Assembly: GCA_016929055.1 (NCBI GenBank)
Contig: JAFGJN010000320.1
Location: forward strand, 1-58,511
Direction of reading: 5' to 3'
Length of the DNA: 58,511 bases
Origin: Candidatus Zhuqueibacterota bacterium
GTDB lineage: Bacteria; Zhuqueibacterota; Zhuqueibacteria; Residuimicrobiales; Oceaniaggregativiventaceae
The stretch's first letter is position 1. Every line of letters starts with the position of its first letter. The translations under genes were made by a program, and so were the position numbers. Below, one piece after another: positions 1 to 9,465 of the stretch. The notes below the pieces were generated by a model, which searched no databases, was not told where the DNA came from, and was given only the letters and a program-made list of their open reading frames with translations.

Positions 1-357
1 CACACAGACAATAAAATCGAATTGTGCGGCAAAAGGAAGACAGCGAATATCCGCCACCACCACAGCTTGATACCCGGCATCAGCGGCACGGAGAGCCATC
101 TGAAATGATCTATCGACACCGAAAACGACCGCCTCGGGCGGCAGGATTTTTCGGGCATGGCCGACCCCGCAACCCAGATCCACCCCGATGCAGAGACGAT
201 TCAGCACCGCCCGCATCGCCAGTTTGGTCAACTGCTCGTGTTCCGCTGCTGCCATGGCCGAAAAAGGCCAAACACGACGCAAAGGGCGATAGATGCGTGC
301 CATAAAGTCCCAGACAAACGCCATGGCGTTTGTGCCACGCCTTTGCAGTAAAAACAT
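1..357 (-). CDS. class I SAM-dependent methyltransferase; only the N-terminal 119 aa lie inside the window (3' end cut by the edge)
   Basis: Absent from the ORF track because it has no stop inside the window. My reverse-strand translation from the ATG at 357 reads MFLLQRRGTNAMAFVWDFMARIYRPL...IGVDLGCGVGHARKILPPEAVVFGVDRSFQMALRAADAGYQAVVVADIRCLPFAAQFDFIVCV. It contains SAM motif I DLGCGxG and the acidic post-I residue (GVD). A purine-rich AGAGAGGGG lies directly upstream of the ATG. Confidence 0.6.
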   Translation of the reverse strand, partial: MFLLQRRGTNAMAFVWDFMARIYRPLRRVWPFSAMAAAEHEQLTKLAMRAVLNRLCIGVDLGCGVGHARKILPPEAVVFGVDRSFQMALRAADAGYQAVVVADIRCLPFAAQFDFIVCV

Positions 358-413
358 CGCCCCTCTCTTTTTCCATACTGTTCTGGGTACGAGTGACGTC
401 AACCTCTAAATTT

Positions 414-3400
414 CTATTTGAGCAATGTCACTTTGATGATCTGCCGGTGCCGATCATTGTCGAGAACGGCACAATAGAGGCCAGAGGGCACCGGCATTCC
501 GGCATCATCATGAGCGTCCCAAAGGACCGAATGATTGCCCGGCTCTAAACGACCGCTGATCAGCGTACGGACCTGCACCCCACGCACGCTAAAAATGCGC
601 AGAGACACCGTCGAACGCTCCGGCACACTAAACCGCAGTGTTGTTGTCGGATTGAACGGATTCGGATAGTTGGGATGCAAAACCAATTCCGATGGCATTG
701 CTCCTGCTGCAGCAATCGGACCGAAAATCTGGAGCGAACCGTTTCTATCCAGCGCTTCCAGCCGATAATAAACCGTTCCGTCTGAGGAAAATCCGGTTTG
801 ATCGACAAAGCAATAATCGCTTTGACCGTTTTCGGTGACCAGCGGACCCTCATGCAGACGCTGAAACTCAACATCAGGGCTTTCGCTTCGAGCCACCCAA
901 AATCCAACGAGTTGCGACGCCGAGGCGACTCGCCACCGCAATTCAACTGTTCCATCTGCTCTAGGGCGACCATAAAAAGCGCTCAATTCCACCGAAACAC
1001 TTTGCACGTGCACAATCCATTCCCGGCTGACATTATCCTGTCCATCGCTCACACAGGCGACGATGCGGGTCGGCGATGGCAGCGTTTCATAGGCCAGTAG
1101 TGTGAATGCAGAACCTTCTCCCGATGGCACATCATTGATCAACCAGACCGTGCTCAGCGAATCGCCGTCGGCATCAACGATTTGCAGCCAAAAGTCGATT
1201 CGGTCTCCGGCATTCGCCTGCACCAGAGTATCGGTCGGCAAAAAAGACAGAATGATCGGAGGTTGATTGGCCTGGTTGCGGGCAAAAGCAAAGAATTGGT
1301 GCCAGGCTCCACCATCCAATCGCGCTTCATAGACGTATTGCTTGTCTTGTTCACCGACCGCTATGCGGCACTCAGCTCTTCCCAATGAATCGCTGGAAAC
1401 CGGTTGAGGAGTGAGAATCCGACCATCGTCCAGAGCTGTAAACGTGACCAGCTCTTGCGGGCACGGATTCTCGTAACGATCCCAAACCTGTACGATCAGG
1501 GGCAGAGGCAATTCGCTGTTTACGGCCACTTGCTGACTGTCGCCGCTTACTGCGAACAAGCGTTCTGGCACATCCGGTAATGCGCTGACGACAAAAAGCA
1601 GCGTGTCGTGTGCGTTGGCGGCCATCGCCTGAACCCAATGATTGCGTTGACCTGCACGAGTTCCCAGGGTCAACAGCACCCGTGCCATGCCGTCGGCGTC
1701 TGTCATCAGCGAAACATTTTGTTCGCCTCCGATGCGTCCCTGCTCCGACCCGACGCGAAAAACAACCGGATGATCCGCCATCGGATCCCCGCCGCGGCCC
1801 AAAACCTGAACGACAAAAGGTTCGGCCAACTCTTTTCCAACGGTACCAACCTGGTTGTTGCCGGAAATCGATTGAAAAGAAGCCGGTATAATCTGCGACG
1901 GTTGGAATTCGACCCAAACTGTGGTGTCGAGTACGAGATTCAATCCCATCACACGTACACGCACCTGCTTGACTTCGCTTGCCGTCGAGGAGAGAAACGC
2001 GGTAATCCGACCGTCGGCATCCGACAAACTGTCGACAAAAACAACGCGGTTGTCGGTACCACTGATTTCAAACTGAACGCGAAAACCCGAACCGACGTCG
2101 AATCCGGTGGAATCGAGCAAAACCACTTCCAGGCGAGAAGCGCTGAGACCGTCTGCAGGTATGGGCGATGTCGCCGTCAGGGTCGACCGCTGAGGATCCG
2201 GAAGACGACGCGGCACAACTACCCAGGTAACCGGAGAATCTTCGAGAGGTGTACCGTTAATCTCTGCAAAAGCCGACAACACTTGTTTCGGCCCTCGAAC
2301 GGGCCCGAGGGTCCAGATCACACCGGCCTCGCCCTGGTTATCGCTGAACATCTCACGCATCTCCCGACCTTCCAGATTTCCACCGCCTTCGATGACGGTG
2401 AATCGGACTGAATGCCCAGAGACTGCGTTGCCAAATTCATCCACTACCCGGACCGCAAACGGATCGCGAAATGTATAACCCGGCGCAATCGGATCGGCGG
2501 GTGAAGCGACCAGGGAGTGCAGACGAGCTGCAGGGCCAGCAGTGACCGATGCAGTAGCCATCAGCGTGTCGGTCGCGACAAAGTCACCGATTATAAGCAG
2601 CGTATCCGTTCCCACACCGGTACCAACGGTCCAGAGGGCAATGGCGATTCCATCATTATCAGTCACCTTTTCTACTGTGTTGGCGCCATCGACGACTCCC
2701 GATGATCCGAGGGCCAGAAAACGCACAGGATAATCGGCAATCGGATTGTTCATCACATCCGTCAAACGAACACCCACCGGTTGGGACAATTCTCGGCCGG
2801 CTCTGCCGCTTTGACCATCTCCAAGCAGAGTTGCGGTTGGAGGTGCCATCAAAGCCGTGGCCGTAAACTCGACGGGCGAGACACCGGCGACGGTAGCCTG
2901 GAGGCGGTGTTGTCCGATCTGCCGGCCGAAACGAAACCGCACTTCGGCCAATCCCAGGTTGTTCGTGGTTACTCGAGATGATGGAAAAAATTCTCCTTCA
3001 CCCTCCAGCAGAGAAAAAGTCACTTCAATGCCCGCTGCAGGCTGCTGTTGAGCGTCGCGGAGCCGAATAACCAAAGGCTCAGCAAGCTCTGAAAAGATCG
3101 CTGCGCTCTGGTTGTCGCCTTGATAGCGCTCTAGAGAGAGGGTAGGCTCCACCGGCATTTCCAGCAACTGACCTGCTGCCACCGATGAATAGTCGACGAT
3201 GGATCCATCCGTTCGTATAACCCGCACGTCACACCGGCCGTGTTCACCCAAACCGAAATGCAGAACAGGATCGCTCTGACTCAGATAGCCAAAATTGGAT
3301 ACAACCTGCTGATGGCCGAGGATGTTATTGGCGTCTCCGAGATGGCCCGCTTTATAAATGGTGACCTTGGATCCGATACCCCCATAATCGCCGCGTGGAC

Positions 3401-5309
3401 CCCGGGCGAGAAACTGCAGATAATGATTGTCAGTTTCGCTGTCATTGCGCAGGAGAACGGGTGTCCCCTGGCGAAAAGCGACGACAAAATCGACATCGCC
3501 GTCGCCATCGATATCGGCAGCAGCGGCACCGCGGGCATCCTGGCTGCCGACTTCCAAACCCGTATCGTTCTGTTTTGTAAACCCACCGCTGCCATCATTG
3601 AGATAGAGCTCGGCTCGTGCGCCCGGTTCTTTGTCCGCATTGCGGATCAAATAGAGATCCAGATCCGTGTCATTGTCGACATCGGCAAACAGCAGGTGAT
3701 AGCCGCTGACGCGAATATTGAACGTGTTGGTGCGATCGCTGAAATAACCATCACCATCATTGATAAAAACGCCCAAAAGCGGCAACTCGCCGTCGGGTTC
3801 GGCATAGTTAATAACAAAGAGGTCCAGATCACCATCGTTGTCCACATCCGCAAATACTGCACCATGACTGCGCCCGGGATAGTTTACGCCGCGCGCGACC
3901 GCTTCTTCAGTAAAGCGACTGGTTCCATCATTGATGAACAAAAAGTTTTCTGCTCGTTGGTTGTCAGCTGGACGACGACAGACATAGAGATCGATGTCGC
4001 CGTCGTTATCGATGTCGGCTGCTGTCACACCCAGTTGACCGTAATCCTCGGGATGATCAGAACCTTCGGCACCCTGGAACACTCTCGTAAACCGCCCCTG
4101 ACCGTCATTGAGGTAGAGCTCGTTAGCCTGCCCCCAATTAACGCAATAAAGATCCAGATCACCATCCCCATCCGCATCAAAAGCAACAGCCCCTCGAGTA
4201 TTGTTTCCCTGTGCCGTCAATCCGGAAGACTCGTGTTCCCGATAGTAACCCGAACCGTTGTTGATGAATAGACGGTTGGGACCCATAAATCCCAACCCGG
4301 TATAGAGCATATTGGCCTGGAAAAGATCGAAATCGCCGTCCAAATCAAAATCGGCGTTGACCATGGCGGTTATCATGCCGGGCTGATCCACACCGCGCAG
4401 CGCTGCCTGCTCATCAAAAAGCTGATTTCCTTCATTCCAATAGAGCTGCATCGGCACCAGGGCATCCACGGTGGCATTGCCGATCATCAATTCACTTCGG
4501 CCGTCTCCGTCGATGTCGGTAAAAGAAACCGTGTGGCCATAACCCTGAGCGGAGTAACCGTTGACGCCAGCTGCGGCGCTTATGTCGGTAAAATACACGT
4601 CACCTGTCGGCGGTGGTGGAGGCGTATCCCCACTGCCGTAAATCCGCAGATTGGAATAGATCGGTCCAGCCTGACCCTGATAGACATTATCCGTTCCCAA
4701 AAAAATGTAGCGAAAGGGTTCGTTCTGGCCGGCAAAACCGAGCGTCGACTGGCGTTCCCCGTCCACGTACACCGAAATATCCCGGCTATTCCAGGCCACG
4801 CGAAATTCATAGGTCTGATTGAGGTTCCAGGTCGAGCTTTCAAGACATCGCTGCTCTCCTCGTGCATCAATGCCGTTGGGTGAAGCTAAAAATTTGAAAC
4901 CGGCTACGCCCGGCCCCGTGGTATAACCGGTCCCGGTGCGAATATTGAACCATGATCCGCCCGAATAAAAAACATCCTTGCTGCCGTTGGCCTGGGAATA
5001 GAGATTGATAATCTGCTGTTTTACATCCGCGTTCTGACTGACCGGATCGAAATTGGTCACATCGACGATAAACACGCCTTCCCCAGGTAGATTTTGCGGC
5101 AAGGTGATCATCAACTGGCTGGATGTGGATGTGGCCTTCCAACCCTGACCGGCGATAAATTGACCGTTGCGATTGACCAGCGTTCCGAGAGCTGGTGCAG
5201 AAGCATCATCAAGGGGATCCGAGTAGAGCGGTGTTTGCGCGTAAAGCGACAAAGGAGAGAACAAGAGAGCGAATAGGAGCAACAATCGTGAAAAGAATAG
5301 TGCGTTCAT
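414..5309 (-). CDS. giant secreted multidomain surface protein: LamG-like domain, FG-GAP/VCBS repeats with an ASPIC/UnbV-like segment, Big_1-type Ig repeats and a T9SS-type C-terminal sorting domain
   Basis: 1631-aa ORF with signal peptide MNALFFSRLLLLFALLFSPLSLYAQ and a PPPPP linker. Repeated Ca-loop motifs include DIDGDGRSEL, DFDLDGDFDL, DADGDGDLDLY, DIDNDGDIDLY, DVDNDGDLDLF, DVDNDTDLDLY and DIDGDGDVDF. An UnbV/ASPIC-like segment reads GIGSKVTIY...SQSDPVLHFGLG. About 8 Ig-like repeats follow, of the form RLxD..GNP..G..V.F. The C-terminus is HPNYPNPFNPTTTLRFSVP...SGLYCAVL...KVTLLK. RBS is AAGGAAAG. Confidence 0.9.
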   Translation of the reverse strand: MNALFFSRLLLLFALLFSPLSLYAQTPLYSDPLDDASAPALGTLVNRNGQFIAGQGWKATSTSSQLMITLPQNLPGEGVFIVDVTNFDPVSQNADVKQQIINLYSQANGSKDVFYSGGSWFNIRTGTGYTTGPGVAGFKFLASPNGIDARGEQRCLESSTWNLNQTYEFRVAWNSRDISVYVDGERQSTLGFAGQNEPFRYIFLGTDNVYQGQAGPIYSNLRIYGSGDTPPPPPTGDVYFTDISAAAGVNGYSAQGYGHTVSFTDIDGDGRSELMIGNATVDALVPMQLYWNEGNQLFDEQAALRGVDQPGMITAMVNADFDLDGDFDLFQANMLYTGLGFMGPNRLFINNGSGYYREHESSGLTAQGNNTRGAVAFDADGDGDLDLYCVNWGQANELYLNDGQGRFTRVFQGAEGSDHPEDYGQLGVTAADIDNDGDIDLYVCRRPADNQRAENFLFINDGTSRFTEEAVARGVNYPGRSHGAVFADVDNDGDLDLFVINYAEPDGELPLLGVFINDGDGYFSDRTNTFNIRVSGYHLLFADVDNDTDLDLYLIRNADKEPGARAELYLNDGSGGFTKQNDTGLEVGSQDARGAAAADIDGDGDVDFVVAFRQGTPVLLRNDSETDNHYLQFLARGPRGDYGGIGSKVTIYKAGHLGDANNILGHQQVVSNFGYLSQSDPVLHFGLGEHGRCDVRVIRTDGSIVDYSSVAAGQLLEMPVEPTLSLERYQGDNQSAAIFSELAEPLVIRLRDAQQQPAAGIEVTFSLLEGEGEFFPSSRVTTNNLGLAEVRFRFGRQIGQHRLQATVAGVSPVEFTATALMAPPTATLLGDGQSGRAGRELSQPVGVRLTDVMNNPIADYPVRFLALGSSGVVDGANTVEKVTDNDGIAIALWTVGTGVGTDTLLIIGDFVATDTLMATASVTAGPAARLHSLVASPADPIAPGYTFRDPFAVRVVDEFGNAVSGHSVRFTVIEGGGNLEGREMREMFSDNQGEAGVIWTLGPVRGPKQVLSAFAEINGTPLEDSPVTWVVVPRRLPDPQRSTLTATSPIPADGLSASRLEVVLLDSTGFDVGSGFRVQFEISGTDNRVVFVDSLSDADGRITAFLSSTASEVKQVRVRVMGLNLVLDTTVWVEFQPSQIIPASFQSISGNNQVGTVGKELAEPFVVQVLGRGGDPMADHPVVFRVGSEQGRIGGEQNVSLMTDADGMARVLLTLGTRAGQRNHWVQAMAANAHDTLLFVVSALPDVPERLFAVSGDSQQVAVNSELPLPLIVQVWDRYENPCPQELVTFTALDDGRILTPQPVSSDSLGRAECRIAVGEQDKQYVYEARLDGGAWHQFFAFARNQANQPPIILSFLPTDTLVQANAGDRIDFWLQIVDADGDSLSTVWLINDVPSGEGSAFTLLAYETLPSPTRIVACVSDGQDNVSREWIVHVQSVSVELSAFYGRPRADGTVELRWRVASASQLVGFWVARSESPDVEFQRLHEGPLVTENGQSDYCFVDQTGFSSDGTVYYRLEALDRNGSLQIFGPIAAAGAMPSELVLHPNYPNPFNPTTTLRFSVPERSTVSLRIFSVRGVQVRTLISGRLEPGNHSVLWDAHDDAGMPVPSGLYCAVLDNDRHRQIIKVTLLK

Positions 5310-5468
5310 CTGGCTTTCCTTTTACCTGCTTGAGATGGTTTGGTTATTGCCTTCCCCGTACAGGCAATTGAAGAAAGCTGCGCATCGCTTTTTTGCCAAT
5401 TTGACATCGATAAACTAAAACATGATCCACGTCACGTTCAGGCCCGTAAAAAAAGGCCACTTTGCAGC

Positions 5469-7178
5469 TCAATCGACAAACAAATCCACATGGCGGAATT
5501 GCCCCACATCGACCAATCCCCGATCCGTGAGTTTGAGCTGTGGAATGACCGGTAACGCCATAAAGGAGAGGGTCATCAACGGATCGTTTAGGCCTACGCC
5601 CAATTTGCGAATGGAGCGATTGAGTGACTTGACGCGATCGCTGACCACTTGCAAAGGCTGGTCGGACATAAGCCCGGCAATAGGCAACTCGAGACAATCG
5701 ATGACCTCGCCTTCATTGACCACAGCGATGCCACCGCCCATTTTATTGATCCGCGTTACCGCCTTGATAATATCGCCATCCGAAACACCGACACAGATGA
5801 TATTGTGGCTGTCATGAGCGATCGTTGTGGCCACGGCCCCGGATAAAAGTCCGAATCCGGAAATCACTCCCTGACCGATACGTCCACTTGCCCGATGACG
5901 TTCGACTACAAAAATGCGCAACAGATCCCGATCCGGGTCGGAGACGACCCATCCATCCTGCTGGGGACAATCGAGCACAAGCAATTCGGTAACAATTTGA
6001 TCCGGAACGATTCCGATGACCCGGCATTTTTTGCCTGCAGCGGGTATTTGGAATTCTTGACCTTCCAACAAGCGGATATTGACCGATCCCCGCACGACTG
6101 TTTGCGGTCGAAGCGGCGTACGATAGGTGGCTTGTCCGTCTTTTGCGACTTTTTCGCCGTTTTTGTAGACCTCGCGTATGCGAAAAGTCTTCAAATCATC
6201 AAAAACGATCAAATCTGCGCGCCGGCCAGGCGCCACAGCACCCAGGTGGTGCAGGCCAAAATAATCCGCGGTGTTTAAAGTGGCCATCCGTATTGCGATA
6301 AATGGGTCTAGTCCGTATGCAAGCGCCCGGCGAATCATGGAATCGATATGCCCCTCTTCCAGGATGTCGTGTGGATGACGATCATCAGTGCAGAATAAAC
6401 ATCGCCGCTCGTTCCGGGCATTGACCAGCGGCAACAGATCGAGCAAATTCTTGGTACCCGATCCCTCACGGATCATAATGTAAAGACCGCGCTGCAATTT
6501 TTCCAGCGCTTCATCAACGGTCGTGCATTCGTGATCGGATTGAATGCCGGCGGCGATGTAGGCGTTGAGATCCTTTCCCCTCAACCCAGGCGCATGTCCG
6601 TCGATGCGCTTGCCGCTGACGATTTTTATTTTGTCCAAAACCGCAGCATCGCCGGCGAGCAAGCCCGGATAATTCATCATTTCCGCCAATCCCACCACCC
6701 ATTTTTCCCGAAAAAATGGAAAGAGATCAAAAGCGCGCAATTCGGAACCAGCAGTTTCAAGCGGGCTGGAGGGTACGCAGGAGGAAAGCATGAAAAACAC
6801 ATTCAAAGGGTTGTATTTGCTGGATTCCATCATGTAACGAATACCTTCATAACCGAGAACATTGGCTATCTCGTGCGGGTCGGTGATCACCGATGTCGTC
6901 CCCAGGGGAACCACAGCACGTGCAAATTGAGGCACCTCGACCATCGAGCTTTCGATGTGCACATGGGCATCCATCAACCCGGGCGCCAGATAGAGCCCTT
7001 TGAGATCGATTTGATCCTGACTTTGATAACCCCCGCCCAACCCAACAATGGTATCCTGCAAAATCGCCACATCGGTTTCGACAATCGAAGATGAAAAGAC
7101 ATCGACAACCCGAGCGTTTTTTAACACTCGATCACAGGGAATTTGGCCTCGAGCAGCCTGTATCCATTTTTCCAGCAT
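5469..7178 (-). CDS. ade: adenine deaminase
   Basis: 569 aa. It carries the amidohydrolase metal motif DAHVHIESSM and the overall Ade-like layout (N-terminal VVDVF...GLGGGY, C-terminal GGGIAVV). GGAGGAG RBS before the ATG. Confidence 0.85.
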   Translation of the reverse strand: MLEKWIQAARGQIPCDRVLKNARVVDVFSSSIVETDVAILQDTIVGLGGGYQSQDQIDLKGLYLAPGLMDAHVHIESSMVEVPQFARAVVPLGTTSVITDPHEIANVLGYEGIRYMMESSKYNPLNVFFMLSSCVPSSPLETAGSELRAFDLFPFFREKWVVGLAEMMNYPGLLAGDAAVLDKIKIVSGKRIDGHAPGLRGKDLNAYIAAGIQSDHECTTVDEALEKLQRGLYIMIREGSGTKNLLDLLPLVNARNERRCLFCTDDRHPHDILEEGHIDSMIRRALAYGLDPFIAIRMATLNTADYFGLHHLGAVAPGRRADLIVFDDLKTFRIREVYKNGEKVAKDGQATYRTPLRPQTVVRGSVNIRLLEGQEFQIPAAGKKCRVIGIVPDQIVTELLVLDCPQQDGWVVSDPDRDLLRIFVVERHRASGRIGQGVISGFGLLSGAVATTIAHDSHNIICVGVSDGDIIKAVTRINKMGGGIAVVNEGEVIDCLELPIAGLMSDQPLQVVSDRVKSLNRSIRKLGVGLNDPLMTLSFMALPVIPQLKLTDRGLVDVGQFRHVDLFVD

Positions 7179-7202
7179 AACTCCTCCAGTTGGCCTCTGA
7201 CT

Positions 7203-8054
7203 TTAGGGGTTTTGAATGCGTTCGCCGATCCGCGGAAGAACCGTGCGCAACAGCCGCGAAAAATGTTCACCTGCGCTTTGGGCACAGGCGGTCACGTCGA
7301 CATGGCTCAGCTTATCAACACTCAATCCGGTTCCCGGGTTGGTGATCAAGGCAATACCCAGAACTCGCAATCGGCGCTGCCGTGCGGCAATGACTTCCGG
7401 CACTGTCGACATGGATACAGCATCCCCTCCCAGCGCGTGGAGCATCCGGACTTCTGCGGCTGTTTCGTAATTCGGCCCGCTCATCCAGATAAAGGTCCCT
7501 TCGCGAAGCAGAATCTTGTTTTTATTTGCCGACTCGCGAGCCAGTTGCAACCATTCCGGATCATAGGCCCCACTCAAATCGACGAATCGCGATCCCAGAA
7601 TTCGATCGATTGCACCGCGCAACGGACTCTTGCCGATAAAATTGATATGATCGCGAATCAACATCAAGTCGCCTGCTTGAAAAGTCGGATTCAATCCGCC
7701 ACAAGAAGTGGTGACAATCAATGTTTTAACACCGAGACCAGCCGCAACATGCACCGGAAAGGCGACCTCCTCCAGGGAATAGCCTTCATACATATGGACT
7801 CGACCTTGAATCGCCAGGATCGGCGTCGTATCGATTCGGCCAAAGACCCAGAAACCGGCATGCCCGGGTACACTCGGAAGAGGGTAATGGGGTATATCGC
7901 CGACGGATAGCGTCTGCGCCTCTTGAAGCGCGTCCACAAATCCGCCTAACCCCGAACCCAAAATAATGGCCACGGAAGGACGATGCACGCCTCGCGATTC
8001 GATTGCTTGGACGGCTTCACGGACGCGGATTTTCAGAGTTTTTTTCTTCACCAC
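7203..8054 (-). CDS. purine nucleoside phosphorylase (trimeric PNP family, inosine/guanosine type)
   Basis: 283 aa. Motifs: ILGSGLGGFVD, GRVHMYEGYS, GGLNPTFQAGDLMLIRDHINF, MSTVPEVIAA. GTG start preceded by AGGAGAA. Confidence 0.85.
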   Translation of the reverse strand: MVKKKTLKIRVREAVQAIESRGVHRPSVAIILGSGLGGFVDALQEAQTLSVGDIPHYPLPSVPGHAGFWVFGRIDTTPILAIQGRVHMYEGYSLEEVAFPVHVAAGLGVKTLIVTTSCGGLNPTFQAGDLMLIRDHINFIGKSPLRGAIDRILGSRFVDLSGAYDPEWLQLARESANKNKILLREGTFIWMSGPNYETAAEVRMLHALGGDAVSMSTVPEVIAARQRRLRVLGIALITNPGTGLSVDKLSHVDVTACAQSAGEHFSRLLRTVLPRIGERIQNP

Positions 8055-8076
8055 AACTTCTCCTGAAACAGCAAAG

Positions 8077-9114
8077 TTACCTCTGGTCCAAAAGCTGCTC
8101 GATGCCGGCTGTGATCAGCCGCCATTGCAACTGCATCTGATGTCGAATTGGCATGGGTTGCAGGCGCAGCGCTTTCATCTCTCGATAAATCTCCCGATGA
8201 TCCGATTCCCTGACTTTTTTGCCCCATGCGTCGATTTTTTGCAGCCACATCTCCGCTTTGGGATCCGGAGGTCCCAAAACGACCCCCACACCGGGCGTAA
8301 TAAACAACGGAATCTCACTCACCAGAGTCAGCGGATCGCCACCAAAGGATCGGATACACTCCATTGAACTGGGATAAAACTTCTCAGCGATTTCAAACCG
8401 ATTCTGCCGAATAAAGTGGCGCTTCATCGCCTCCGAAACCGGGTGGGTGCAGAATCCTCGGCCTATGCGAAAAAAACCCTTTTCTCCCAGGCGTTCCACA
8501 TCATGCAACTCGTAATGCAAATCAAAGACTGCCTTCAGGCAAAGCCGAATCAGCAGCGGACATTTTTGCGACCACTGCGGACTGAGCAAAAACCACGGAC
8601 CTGCGCCGAATCCCATGCCATGAAGAGAAACATGCAGATCAAAAGGTGTGCGCTGTTTGCGCCACCACCGGTATAGTGCCAAATTTTCCGGCCGCACCGG
8701 ATCGTCATCCAAAGCGGGAAAACCAAATTCCACATCGTCGCCCGGCTCTTCGCGCTTACGAAAACGCAGATATTTGATTGGATCAAAAGTTTTATCCGCA
8801 TCGCGCGTCCAGGCCGCATTTTCCAGCCGTCCATCCAAATTGATGTGCGGTACAATCGACCAATCAAAATCGCATAAAAACGGGTGATCTTCCGGGAGAG
8901 CACTCAAAAACACAACGAGTTTTTCCAGAAACATCGGCCCTACCGGTTCATCGGCGTGGCAGCCAGCCACGAGACTGATACGAAAGGAACCGCTACCGAA
9001 ACGAAATGCTGATATCGGCAAACCTGACCGAGTATGGCCGATCTCTTCTCCTTCGATTCGGCGCGAAACAGCGGCAACCGAAAAGATGCTCTCAAACTCA
9101 CTATAAAGATGCAT
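8077..9114 (-). CDS. M14-family zinc carboxypeptidase-like protein
   Basis: HxxE zinc motif in GCHADEPVG and a later SLHGMGF histidine. The track ORF runs to 9300. I prefer the ATG at 9114 (MHLYSEFESIF...) because it has AAGGA upstream, and the 62-aa extension is basic and hydrophobic with no domain logic. Confidence 0.6.
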   Translation of the reverse strand: MHLYSEFESIFSVAAVSRRIEGEEIGHTRSGLPISAFRFGSGSFRISLVAGCHADEPVGPMFLEKLVVFLSALPEDHPFLCDFDWSIVPHINLDGRLENAAWTRDADKTFDPIKYLRFRKREEPGDDVEFGFPALDDDPVRPENLALYRWWRKQRTPFDLHVSLHGMGFGAGPWFLLSPQWSQKCPLLIRLCLKAVFDLHYELHDVERLGEKGFFRIGRGFCTHPVSEAMKRHFIRQNRFEIAEKFYPSSMECIRSFGGDPLTLVSEIPLFITPGVGVVLGPPDPKAEMWLQKIDAWGKKVRESDHREIYREMKALRLQPMPIRHQMQLQWRLITAGIEQLLDQR

Positions 9115-9465
9115 AGGCCGTATCCTTCGGGCAACAGGGCTTTGAAAATAGCCCCCTAAAACAAAAGAGTTAAACAGACGAAACAGCTCGGGTTTTGATA
9201 AGATAAAAGCTGCAAGGTAAATCCCGCGAAATTTTGCTTTCAATTGCGATCTAATCTTGTTACAATATAATGCGATTGACATCCTAAAATAAGCAAACAC
9301 GGATTCTCTGTCAACAGAATCCCGGCAAAAACAAGGGATTGATCTCTTCCACCCCGGGGATAGACCCTTTGCCCCAAGGGGAATAATCCTAGTCGATTGT
9401 TTTTATTCATGATTGGGTGTCTCGCGACGAATCCGGATCAACTCAATAAAAATCAAGGATTGAAT

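Noticed and set aside
3240-4271. 343-aa ORF on the plus strand inside the giant surface-protein gene
   Set aside because: It is the antisense shadow of the FG-GAP repeat region. The product is monotonous and I/V/A-rich, mirroring the D/G/N codons, and it has no RBS and no domain logic.
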